Assembly (NCBI GenBank): GCA_040954595.2
Contig: CM082582.2
Location: forward strand, 12,483,777-12,547,776
Direction: 5' to 3'
Length of the DNA stretch: 64,000 bases
Origin: Balanoglossus misakiensis
Lineage: Eukaryota; Animalia; Hemichordata
Below the pieces are notes generated by a model. It had not been told where the DNA came from. It ran no database searches and worked only from the letters and a program-made list of their open reading frames with translations. A program made the translations under genes and the position numbers. Below, piece after piece: positions 13,928 through 26,367 of the stretch. How positions within the stretch are numbered: the first letter of the stretch is position 1; each line of letters begins with the position of its first letter.

Positions 13928-14605
13928 AGTCAGTGCCGGGTCACAGTATATGTTTGGTTCTGAAACCGGTGAAATGAAAGGTCTTTTCACTGTCTTCGAA
14001 CTTTAAATGATAACGATTAATGGACCATTTTTGCTGTTATATTGACAAGGTGGTGAGTGCGAAGATGCAGAAAGGACACTGACGTGAAGATGGGTTCTGA
14101 AATAGACAACATATAACTGAAAACACAAAACTTTAATAACTATAAAAAAGCAGCGTAATTCAGAGTCAATTGCTGACAGATTTGTCAGTTTAGCCTACGT
14201 AAGCTTATGGTTTCAATGTCCAATCGAAACGGGCGTAGAAGTGACCACTCAAATGATGTATAAGCTCAAACAGTGTATGTGAATTTGAAATGTGTTTCTG
14301 TAATAAATAGAACGGTTCAGTATATTGCATAGTCAAAGCGAGTTTTTTTATATCTTTGATAAAGATTTGTTGCCGATCCCTCGCAAGAGCATAACTATCG
14401 ACCAGGTACTTAACTTCCTATTCGGTCGACCGACTGTAAGGTAACAGTGCGACGTTATCTCCTGTGGAGCGAGGAAGTATTCGCGACAGCCGGTAGAATC
14501 TTTGTTTTGATCTTTGCTCTCTAGAGCATGCGCGACTTTTTTGACTCGCTCTTTATAACCACTCAACCATAAGCCTGTTGACCTATTTAAAAATTTATTA
14601 TCAAG

Positions 14606-17600
14606 ATGGCTTCCAAACAGAGTAAACAGCACGGCCCATTCGAGGAAATTGAACTTAGCGTGTCGGCAAGGTAAGTTTTATCAGAGCGAGTGGATTTGAA
14701 ATCCTCTCGTAGATATCAGATGTGAAGCCAATTCCGTCACTCGCAACGATACTATGTACTGTGTACATTTTAGCTAGGTTTAATCAGGGTGTACGGTCCC
14801 TCGAGGTTTTCGTAAGTGTGTTATTGAGAATTACAAAATGAGGAAGCAGCTATCAGTTTTATTATTTACAAGGCAATGGACTGACTTGCATGGTGTAAGG
14901 CGTTATAGTGCAATTATATGTCACATCCTCTTAACATATCTCAGTGAACGGTAATCAGACTGATCTTGGTGATACTGGTTGCCGTTGTTGTTGTCGTCGC
15001 CTAATCAACATTTCTTCTTGTTTCAGTCTCATTATGATTGTCTAAATAATAGCAAAGAGAACACTTAGACCAAAATATTGAATCAATTATTCAAAAATTT
15101 AATAATCATATAATATCTCCGTCGTTACTATGAAACAGTTGATGGAAAATGTTTCACAGGGGTGGACCCATAAATTTACAGAATCGATTTGATAAGGGAC
15201 ATGTTTGTTTGCATGCAGGGCAATTAGAGATAGGGACATATTCTCGACGTCGGACCCAAGTAAGTTATCTATTTTTTGTCTTTATAAAGATTCTTAACTA
15301 ATTCAGTCGTTCGACGTCTCGTATTATTCACTCATTTCAGTTCGTGTGTTTGCTTGCTTTGAGCGAGTTTTGGTTTCGGTATACAACGCGATCACGTGAC
15401 TTACGCGCTCCAACTTGCTACGCGTTTACTCCACACACGCTATACAGTGAAATGAGACTCTGAAATGTGAAGTATACTTGGAGCAAGTCTAATTCTATCA
15501 CAATGTATTTATCTGCACAGTGTGTGTGCTGTATACACAGAAAGTATGCTCAGGCGAGTTCGTTGAGGTAAGTTACAAATCAGGGATTTTCTCCAGACAG
15601 ATCCTTTGATTATGGCCTCGGGAATGAAACATTTCTTCTGCTGAACATAGCAAGGACGACTGTGACTTGTTTTTCAAACTTTTCTAGTCACTGTGGTTAA
15701 TTAAATTCTACACCGCTCGCACAATCTGAATTTTAGGCTGTGTATAAACCGTTAATAGTTTATTAAATACTTGTCATTAAAATTTGCTTGCATTCAAGTA
15801 CGGAAGAACAGAATCTGTGAAAGATTCCCTTTCACCTGATTTCGTTAAGAAGTTTAAACTCGACTACTTCTACAATGAAAGACAAATCTTGAAATTCGAA
15901 TTGTAAGTACATATAGAAACGCTTGAAATTAAACATTGTACGCCTGTATGACGTTCGACACCAATTTAAATTTCAAAGTTTGGATACTTTTGGAAGTTTT
16001 GGTTTTCTGATACCAAATCTACAAAAAGATATTACTTTGAGTCATGCGTATAGTAAGTTAAACCTCTCTCCTCCACTGTCAAAAGCAGATATTGTGTTTT
16101 AACGATTTGTTTCCTCTTCTAAGGTATGATAAAGATTCACAAAGCGACAAACTTACTCGACATGTAAGTACAAAATTTCTGCCAAATATCACCATAACTG
16201 TCCTTTTGTCCTCAGTCGTCAGTATATAAAATGTATTTGATAATTAGAAACACAAATTTCGTTGAAATTTATGTATCGCTTTAAACGATACTTTTCCCCA
16301 ATAAAATGTCAGTTCTGTTCCATTTCCAGGATTTTCTTGGTCAGGTCACGTGTTCTCTAGAGGATATTGTCAAAAACAAGATAATACAAAGGCCAATTGA
16401 GTAAGAAATAAAATGGTGACTGTGTTTGTCGATATTAAACTTAACTAGAGAAATTTAAATTTGGTAAAGATTTTTACCACTGGATGTTGCTTGACGGTCA
16501 CTGAACTATCTTCTTGACCATGTTTTCCTTACAGATGCAAAGGTCTTCTTCGTGGCCACGATGGTGGTACTATGATTATATCTGTCGAGGATGTCGGGCA
16601 GTGTAATGTAAGAGAAAGTCACCGTACCCTTCTCTGCAGTCACGTCCAAATATTCTCCTAGAATAAGTTAAACATTTCTTCTAATCCCATTTATGCAAAT
16701 ATTTTTGTAAACATGACGTCTTTGACGATCTGCTCTCATTTGGGAAACCAAACCGTTATTATACAAAAATAGGATTTTTTTACCATCACACAAATTGGCA
16801 TCACATTATATGTGTGCATTTCTTTTTTCAGGACATCATCACCTTACAGTTCAGAGCAGAAGGTCTTGACAAAGTGGACTGGTTTGGACATGCCGATCCT
16901 TACCTCACATTTTATAGAATAAATCTAGACAATAGGTATGCAGAGAGAGCGAGCGAGAGAGAGAGTGAGAGAGAGAGAGAGCGAGAGAGCGAGAGAGCGA
17001 GAGAGACAGACATAGACAGAGAGACAGAGACAAAGAGAGAGAGAGAGATGGCTAGACAGACGGTCGGACTGATTGCCACAGACGGGGTATCTATGTGTAT
17101 CTCATTCAATGAACTAAATTATCTCTTCATCTGTCTATCTTAATTTAGTTCCACAATTGTCTATCGGACCGAGATTATACTGAACACATTACACCCGGAA
17201 TGGCAACAGTTTACACTACCTTTGAAGACTCTGTGTGCTTGTGACTTTGATCGGACAATTCACATCACTTGTTGGGACTGGAACAGACAAACACGGTATG
17301 TTGTCGAATACCTTTCCAATTGCACGGCCCTCTCGGACAAATTGCGCTTAAATCGACCTGTTGACATTTTTCAATCCATTCATTTAAAAAATGTGTTTCG
17401 CAGTCAAGCAAAGAACTTTCACTTGTTGCAGAGATGTGTGTATTGGTGAATGCGATGTAACTGCGAGTCAACTCAAACAGCAACGGATGAGTTCAACAGA
17501 CGGATTCAAGGTAACCGAATTTTGGAGTTTGGCGCTAAATAATTCCTGTGAGATCTCTCGTGACTAGGCTCGGTTTATATATATGGGATGACTTTGTCAT

Positions 17601-19352
17601 AGGACAAAGGATAATTGTTAAATGATAATTGCATCTCAGAAACAAACAGGTACGTCCGCACCAGAACTATAACTGTGCAATCATTCATTTATCACAGCTC
17701 GTTAATTTTCAACGGAAAGAAAAGTCTTCCAAATATGACAACTCTGGAAAGCTTGTCCTGGTGAAATGTGAGATGGAGAAAAAATATTCCTTCCTTGATT
17801 ACACAACGAGCGGTCTGCGAATCCATTTCACAGCTGCGTTAGACGTCAGTATTTTCAGTGGTAAGCAGAGACTTTAGACTTACTTCAAGTCTGTGATATA
17901 CTAAGTTATTTGTCGTTTCACCTGTTTGTCACGTTACAATTCTAAAATCTAATACGCTAATTTTCATGATTAGAACATGAGAAAGATGCTGAGAAGGCTC
18001 TGGTCTCACTACGACAATCCATCGAATACTTCGACCAAAGCAAAATTATCCGTACCCTTGGCTTTGGTGGACGATTGGAAACAGCTCGGGACTCAGAACC
18101 GGAAGTGTTCTTTTTGGTAGGTATTCAGATCACTGAGTGCAAAGATAAATGAAAGCGGTCATCTCAAAATTGGTGGACAGGCCACTCGACAGCTTCCAGG
18201 ATTAACCAACATCTCAGATTTCTAGTAGAAAAGGGATTCGTCTCTCTGTATCTGTTAGAACCTCGGAAAACTTTGCTCGAAAGGGGTTATGCAAATCACA
18301 ATCGTAGTGCGATTGTTTTCAGAATGACTCCAATCCATGCTGCGAAGGTGTTGACGGAATTATCACTTCATACAAAAGGGTGTTAAATAGTTCCATACAG
18401 GCATGGGAAGCAAACATCCTTCCTGTCATCAAATACGTTGAAAAGTAGGTGCATATTGGATTATATCTATCCTAAATAAAAGATATATATTGTTGTGTAA
18501 AAACTTGAAGTGTAGCCAACCACACGCAAACAAACACACGTTCATGAACCTCACCTTTGTCGATAGATTTGCACGAGATCACCATGAAGACGGCACATAC
18601 TTTGTCCTGCTGATTCTCGTCCAAAACTACGCCGCCAACGACACAGCTAAGATACGAGACGTGATCAAACAGGTTTGTGACACTATGGAATATAAATTTC
18701 TTCGGTCGTTTGCATCAAACAAAATGAAAAAAATGGTTTATGACATATCTGACAGAAATGGATTAAATCCACAGTACCACAGTAGCTGTGTTTTTTTCTG
18801 TATTTTGTCACGTGACTATTGTGGAATTTGAACAGTGTCGCGGTGTTAATTTTTTTAACAGGTATCGTCTGTTCCGCTATCAATAATCATCCTAGGAATT
18901 GGAAGTAATCAGTTTGCAGGTAAGGACATGAAATCAATGTTTTTGAGTTATATCGTGGTGCACAAAAGGTACAAGTTAGTAACATCTAGAGTTTGAATGC
19001 TGTGTGTTTCATTGCGTTGCAGCTTTACGAGAAATAGAAAATGAAAATGACTCTTCTGCTTCAGATGACGAGAGACAGGGCAAAGACATCCTACATGTAA
19101 GTACATGTACATGTATTGTCGCATGAAAATAATTTTCAATCCAAAAAATAGCTAAGTAAATTTAAAATCGTTTGGTTGTGAAAACGTTTCCGATTTTTGT
19201 CTTTTTCATAGTTCGTGAAACTCCAAGATTTCATGGATCAAAGTGGTAACGTTGTAAGTGGTGACCGACTAGCAGGGGAAGTATTCAAGAAACTGCCTGA
19301 CCAGTGTCTCCATTGGATGACATGTAATGACATCGTGCCACGATACAAGTAG
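14606..19352 (+). CDS. CPNE: Copine-family protein (C2A-C2B-vWA), 17 exons, divergent vWA domain
   Basis: Spliced in-frame translation includes EIELSVSAR|AIRDRDIFSTSDP|MCVLY..|YGRTESVKDSLSPDFVKKFKLDYFYNERQILKFEL|YDKD..|DFLGQVTCSL..|LQFRAEGLDKVDWFGHADPYL..|YRTE..LHPEW..|YSFLDY..|LGFGGRL..|NPCCEGVDGII..|YFVLLIL..|PLSIIILGIG..|LAGEVFKKLPDQ..PRYK*. All introns are GT-AG. The ATG at 14606 is the likely start. Confidence 0.9.
16942..17049. repeat. (GA)n / GAGA-rich microsatellite in copine intron
   Basis: Imperfect AGAG/GACA run directly after the donor at ~16935. Confidence 0.9.
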
Positions 19353-19484
19353 TGACGTATTTTCTGCAATTGTACAAATACTGTATGATACTGGCGATTC
19401 TGTATAAACTGGTTCAATATAAGATTTCAGTTCTAATAGATTCTATCTGTTTGGGAAGATTGGTATAGCTAGAAGAAGTATTTG

Positions 19485-20384
19485 CTAATTAGACATATCC
19501 AGACACACTTTGTAGTCGCCATTCACTTTCTTCCACATCATGAGAGTGTTGATTGTGTTAGCGATGGTACCGTCTCGTGCAAGCACGTGTATCCGCAGCA
19601 CCTGGTATGCTAATGCGCCGTCTGGAGAAGCGTGGAACGTTTTGATATCGACCTTGTATGTCTTGGGAGGTGCTTTTGCGCGTTCTTGTAATTCTTGTGT
19701 CAGAGCTGATCATGAGAAACGAATCAAAAACAGACGGTTTAACATGTCCGTTGAAAAATGCACTTTCACACCGAGAATAAAAATATGGGAGAACTTTTCT
19801 GATCCATCCGATTCTTGTGACCACTTGTGCCCTGTCGTTTTCAGCATATTGTATATTTCTAGATATTTTGGGTTGATAATGTGATAATCTCTTGACCTGT
19901 TGACGTACAAGGACACGTGCTGACCCAATATTTCAATCTGACATATCGTCCGAATTTATAATATGCGATGAGATTACGGTACGATTACAACTAGTGCCAC
20001 TGCTAAATGGTTTTAGTAATACATTGCACTCACAACAAAATGACGCATCAATGTGTAGTTTTAAAAGAGAGACGGTATTTCAATGGATGGACAAAGATAT
20101 TTTTGGGGTACAAGAGACGGCATATTTGTTTTCCGACTTCTGGTCGGTAAATCGTTGACCCACACTGAGCTGCCAAGTGGTGCAGTGTTGTAACCTTGTG
20201 GTGGTCGTTCAGTAAGTGACCAAACTCACTCACCTTGCTGACCGTTCATAATATCCTTTCCCGCCAAGACCAACTGACAGTCTTCGGAGTAAAATTCGGG
20301 TAACTCTCGAAACAGTCCTGCGTTAAAACGATCCGTGATTTGCTGAAGCTTTTCAGCCAGGAGCGTTTCTAAATCGGACGCCAT
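19485..20384 (-). CDS. DUF4440/SnoaL-like protein, paralog 2; 2 exons (20384-20234, 19705-19485), 123 aa; absent from the ORF track
   Basis: MASDLETLLAEKLQQITDRFNAGLFRELPEFYSEDCQLVLAGKDIMNGQQ|ALTQELQERAKAPPKTYKVDIKTFHASPDGALAYQVLRIHVLARDGTIANTINTLMMWKKVNGDYKVCLDMSN*. GTGAGT donor and CAG acceptor; exon sizes 151+221 are identical to paralog 3. Confidence 0.88.
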
Positions 20385-20894
20385 ACCCACTCAGTTTTTG
20401 TCACTGCGAACGCTTGGAAAATGGGGGCGCCCTGCCCGGGTCCGTTGAAATGCGCCGGCGCAGACACATCGTGTCAGAAGATATGTCACCAGTAAAATAA
20501 ATGGGATTGTCAATTTTAATGCAAAATATCGGACAAATTACCACGCGACATGTTTTATGTTAACATTACCAAACATGGTTACTTCGCCGGTTGGGGTGGG
20601 GGTCAGAAGGGATAGACGGTGGGGGTTGGGTTCTGATTCAGACTAGTATAAGTGGGTTGAAATTTGTACAATCTGCGCTCGGACGATGTGAAAATTGGGT
20701 AACAAACTTTCATACAATTATCACTGAACTGATTGTATTTCGCTAGCGGTATAGGTACAGTACATATCAGCAAAAACAAAATTATTTGAGAAGGATAATT
20801 CATGCACTACCCTAGCAAAAACTATACAAAGAAAGAAAATGTTCCAAAGTAACCAAAATGTATACGTAAAGAAGCGGTGCGGGTTGTCGCAGTC

Positions 20895-22207
20895 CTAGTT
20901 GAACATATCAACGCAGACATAGTACTTTCCATCTACTTTCTTCATGGTGATCATGTTATTTCCTGGGTCCAAGTCTGTTCCATCGGGTTTGGTCATTTTG
21001 ACACGTGCAATCAGATAGGCCAATTCTCCATCCGGGGATCCATGCAAATGCTGGATGTCGTATGCCAGAGTCTTCGCCCCGCTGTCTACAAAGTCCTTGC
21101 AGATTTTCTGGACAGCTGTCAAAAACAAGTGGAGATATGTCAACTATTTTGAAGAACGACATAGTCTGACATTAGTAAACAAAATTGTGTTAACTGTAAG
21201 CAGGCATACCGTAGATGTATTTCTTTTGTCATACGTTAGAGTAATATTCACAGAACAAACCCCAAGGGAAACTAGAAGAAGTGGGACGTAAGCGAAACAC
21301 CGAGGTCACGGTGCCCTAGTAATAGCTACTGGCTCTCCGCGTCACATCTATCACTGAACAGTACAAATAGGAATCCATCAGATGTCCAAAAAGGCTTTTA
21401 TATTTGTCTGCACTTTGTATACTTAGCGCACTGTTCAATTTGCACAGACATGATGCATGAGCTATCATGTCTACACATACCCTTAACCCTACACATGGAG
21501 TAATGCGCCCCGAAGCATCGACACCAATTTTCCTTCATCGGAGTGCCTTGCTTGGCCCCCGGCTGGTTCATTATCCTCCCCTGCCTCCCAACTTAGAGGT
21601 GCTTGATTGACCTTCCGACACAAAAAGTACATAATGGATGGACATCTGGTGCCGTTACATGTATACACTGGTTTTCAGCTGGCCTTGTTTCGAACAATGG
21701 ATAAAAGCGTCTCACATTTTCTACTGCGATATACGTCACTTTCGTGAATCAAATATACTGTACAGTACGCTGAACTATAGGCGTCAAATGGTTCGCGTTG
21801 AAAAACTGCGATGTCCATTCATCAGTTAACTTATTCACATTTAAACTTCCAGTCATAATCAGGGGTTGATATTTATACGTTTGTCTATACCCACCAGGGA
21901 GCTAATTTAAATGGACCAAATTAAGTTTGAAGGGAAATGAAAACGATGCAAAAAGTGGTAGTTTATTTTTTAATGCTATATATGGGATATCTGATGTCCC
22001 CTTGCAAGCAAAAGTGTAGGATAGCAAAGTAAAACACCATGGATAAAGTGACTCACCTTCACGCCCTATTCCGATGGGCTTTTTTGGCCCAACACTTTGG
22101 CAGTCTTCGGTGTAACAGTCAGACACTGCTTTAAAATCCCCGGCGTTATATGCATCCATCAGAGCCTTGTAACGAGCGGTCACAGCTGCTTTCATATCTG
22201 ATGCCAT
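20895..22207 (-). CDS. DUF4440/SnoaL-like protein, paralog 3; 2 exons (22207-22057, 21115-20895), 123 aa
   Basis: MASDMKAAVTARYKALMDAYNAGDFKAVSDCYTEDCQSVGPKKPIGIGRE|AVQKICKDFVDSGAKTLAYDIQHLHGSPDGELAYLIARVKMTKPDGTDLDPGNNMITMKKVDGKYYVCVDMFN*. Canonical splice sites. Confidence 0.9.
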
Positions 22208-23432
22208 GTTGGTTGTTTGGAGGATCGACTTTTTTCTTTCTTTCCAGAGATGAAGCGAGCACACAGTACGTACTCCTACACGTAATGCAGTCTGGTTCCA
22301 GATCGCTTATGCAGTGATGAATTGTGGGAAAACCATCTCTTTGCTAGATGCATTAGCACCATGGTCATTATGCTAAGGTCACTGTACCTTGGAAATTTGA
22401 GATAGCCAATCAAACATTTTCCCGGTATGTAAATTGCGGGAGATTGTATGCATTTAATTGGCTGCACTGTTGCTTACCCTAGCTTTTTTAAAACAGTTCT
22501 GGCCTGAGAAAATTCAGACTATTAGGAAAAGAACCCCTCTTATTTATACTGACGTTAAGTAGTTTCATTCTCTCGCGGAAGACAGATGAGACCGCTGTCT
22601 AACAACCATGGTGGTCAAACCAAGAAGGGATATTAATTCCTTCTGTCAGTGGATAAAGAATGCTTGTCGTCCAGTCTGCAGTTATGGGTCCCACACGACA
22701 CTGTTAATAGCAGGTCATAGTAGGCGCAAAAGTGTAATAAACACACTGCAAAATCACAAAACTACAATAAAATACACACGGGAAAAAACCTTCACCGTTT
22801 CCATGAAAATGTGTCATATTCGTACCTGATAAAAGGCAAGAGCTGGTGAAATAAAATATTTTTGAAGATTATTTATCGTTCCTTTCTACTCTCCCATTGT
22901 GGACATGGTGCGAAGACAGTCTTCATGCAGACATGGTGCATGAAAGTGTATTAAAGAAATGTTCAATTTTGCAAATAGTTAAGTATTAAATATGTGGCAT
23001 ATTTCAAAGAGATGATTCAACATTATCCGGCCATACAGACAAGATACACATGATCTGTACACAGTGGTGTTGATGTCACAATTAAAGTCAAAGAATTTAT
23101 CAACTACAATTTTCCCCTTTTAAACTATTTATATTGGAAGAAAACAGTTGGAGACCACTAGATAGATTTCATTTATGACGAAATAATTCACGGAATATAA
23201 ACAAAATGGCTGACTCGTATCGAGTGAGGGCGAGGGCTCACTGGCATGCCAACCCCGGTGAACCAATCAGAGTCGCGGTCTCAAGACCACTGGGGTCGTT
23301 GTCCCTTGCATGGAAAGCGCCCTCTTTGTCCAATGTGAGCCTACGCCAAGAGTTACCGACATCATTTGGCGATCAGAATAAAGATTCAGTTGACTTTTTA
23401 GACCAGCACCAGTCGCACAATGTTAAATTAAA

Positions 23433-26367
23433 TCACACAAGAAATGGACTGTCGATTACAGCAGTTCGATGGGAGAAGCTTCCTTCATTGACGGATTTTA
23501 ATTTTGTCCGCAGAATGTGATCACATGTCTTGTTGTACAAGACCTCTTCACCTTTGCTGGAGAGAAATGTGAAAAAAAGTTTGTTTTTAGAAATTGAGAA
23601 TCAAATCGACACGAACTTCAAGCTATGGGTTGTTTTATGAATGAGGTAGTTTGCCTCAAAGAGATCTCCAAATCTCTCATTAAAGATCTTTTACAGATGT
23701 CACCTTCATATCAAAACTAACCTGATAATTGTGCCAAATATGCCCAGCTCGCTGACCATTTCTTGCAGTTCAGGTTCAATCTGGCTTTGGATTGGATAAT
23801 TGTGCACAACAAATGGAGTCACTCGATCCATCATGATGTAGCAAGATCTTCTAGAGTCCTGGCCAACCTCTTTCAGTTTTGAGACCATTGCTTGACTAAA
23901 AAGATTATTTCCTTGAAGAAGAAAAAAGGCAATCAGATGGTTTCTGGTTAATTGTTTTTTGCGTTTTGGATTTTTTATGTGAAGGAAGGTGATTTATGAT
24001 GTACTACTGAAATAGAGTCAATGATGAACAATTAAATTTTTTCTAAAATACCTCCACTCTCTCTTTGTGGTTTGAGAATATATCTGTCAGGATTTGCCAT
24101 TGCTGTCTGGACAGCGTCATCACCATCTGCATCCTGTAAAAAGATTGCAAACTGTAAAGAATGTTATCATATGGTATTACAATTGAAAAGTACATCACGT
24201 ACAGCTAATGGAGTTTTGAAATAGCTTGGAGTTATAAACTGACCATGTCTAACGAATACAGCCTGACAAATGTATCCCTAATTCGTTGAACTGCAGCAGT
24301 TGGATTTTTGAAATATTTCTGGAATCTCTCCATGGCACCAGGTCTGGATAATTCCTGCTGGACTTTCTTTGTTCCTGCTAGATGGTATCCAATTGACGGA
24401 CATTTGATGGCAAGAGATTTTTCCATCATCAGTCGAACTTGCCAATCCTTGGAGGAAATTGTACATATAGACATACATATAACTAAAATGACATCAGTGA
24501 CTCAGAGTACAGTAGATTTCAATTATGGAACTTTTATGAACCAAAAGTTCACTATACAGAAACTTCCAAAAAATTTCCAGGAATTTAAAACAAACTTCCA
24601 GTAACTTCAAGTTACTTTTAATGGTTTTTTTTTTACTTTGCATGGGAATTGAGAACCTCTGATATTGTGTATGAATATGTTGATGACAATGAAGATGTAA
24701 AGACAATTCAAGAATTGAAATTACCTTTTCTGTCACATAATGAACTGGGTCATATCCATAGCGAAAGTATACTATGGCAACTTCGTAGTTGTCACTGAAG
24801 GTAAAATAATTTTCAAAAGGGAGTTATGAAATTCTAAAGACTATTTTGGCATGTTAATTATGGTAATAACAGCACATTATGGCTGAAACGAGTTTTTGGC
24901 ATAATGCTAATACCAACAACTCAGAAATAATTATACCAGTAAAAAACAAAATCTGCTAATTATCAAGTTATTAGCATTCAATTACTTACATGACGAGCTT
25001 ATTACCATCTAATTTTGCTCTCTGTACCATATCACTAAATTGCCGTCTTATTATTGGAATAGATCTGTTGATTTCATGAATTTTATACTCCAACCAACGA
25101 TGGTCTGTTATATTCCATGATACTTCTTCAATGAAAAACAAGATGGCCGCCCTGAAAATGAAAAATGAACCAGGCCTTAACATTCAAGATCAAAGACATG
25201 CATTAATCATATTGGATTCATAATGCAACCGTAAACTTTGAATTGTTTTGACTGAATTGTGAGTTTGTGACACGTATTCTTCATTCTACATACTTTGGGT
25301 TGCCATAGTAACTCCAGGCCTCAACAAAACCTTCTGCTAATTTGTCTACAGCCTTACTATCTGGTAATGTGGCAGCCATTTCAGACAGTCCAAGATTTTC
25401 AAGATTGAATCTGAAAGATACAAAATATTTATGATGATGATGATGGTATGAGAATTTCTGAGATATGATTCTCAAATATGATTTAGTCATATAACACCCA
25501 TTCCAAAATCATTTGCTCTCGCTTAATAATTAATAACTGAGAAACTTGCTACCTGTGTAAATGAGTAGCCTGTGCTCCAAGTCCAGCCAATCCACTGGCA
25601 AAGGTGTTGATTTCAATCTGACACAGTTTGATATTACTTAAGTCACTTTTGGGAGCATCTTTACAATCAAACATGTAATCAGATCGTATTGCGTCAAGTG
25701 TGATGGTCTGTTGAAATAATAAATACAAACCATATTTTATTTTTAGTATAGAAAAATATCATGTAGATCAAAAGATTCTTTTATTTGTTTGATCCAAGCA
25801 AATTCAGTCATAAATTTTGAATCATTCCAAATACCTGAGCTGGTACATTCTTGATGTAAACTTCTTCATAGATGTCAAAAAGTCTCTTGGTAAAATCATC
25901 ATGTCTCATGACACTGAAAGAAGCAAAGGATTATAATTGTATTGATGATGGGAAAAAAAACTCAGACTCAGTCTAATCACATCATATTACCCTTTCACTT
26001 ACATGTAAAAATCAAGTCACTAGTTTTTGAGGATTTGATTTTTTTCACTAAAAATATGACACTGCTAAACTACAGTTGAAGAGAAATCCACTTACTTGCT
26101 GAGAACTTGCTTCAGATATTCATAGTCGTGGCTGATACCATGCATCAGTAAATTGATATCCTTCTGCACAGCAAGTGCCTGTTCAAACAAGTGTCTGGGA
26201 ACAACTGAAGGCAACAGTGTGTGTGGTGTATAACACACGACTTCTGATGATGTTGGTGATTCAACACACCTCATGACAATTCCATGTATATTTGCATAAT
26301 CCTTGCTTTGCGAGACAATGTCTTCTAAAACGTCTTCTCTAAGTGGTAGTTGAGTACAGCTATGCAT
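23433..26367 (-). CDS. GSS: Glutathione synthetase-like ATP-grasp ligase, divergent paralog (10 coding exons)
   Basis: Eukaryotic GSS motifs [71 protein letters not shown]. Reading frame is intact across GT-AG introns; stop TGA at 23433-23435. Confidence 0.92.

Noticed and set aside
19540-20233. ORF-track peptides at 19540-19928 and 20048-20233
   Set aside because: They are wrong-frame, antisense or intronic; the real coding frame is the spliced DUF4440 paralog 2.
21270-21325. Small hairpin CACCG-aggtca-CGGTG followed by CTAG, resembling a Helitron 3' end
   Set aside because: The stem is only 5 bp, the spacing is atypical and no matching 5' end was identified.
23433-26367. Calling the divergent GSS copy a pseudogene
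   Set aside because: No frameshift or premature stop was found, splice sites are canonical and the core catalytic motifs are retained.
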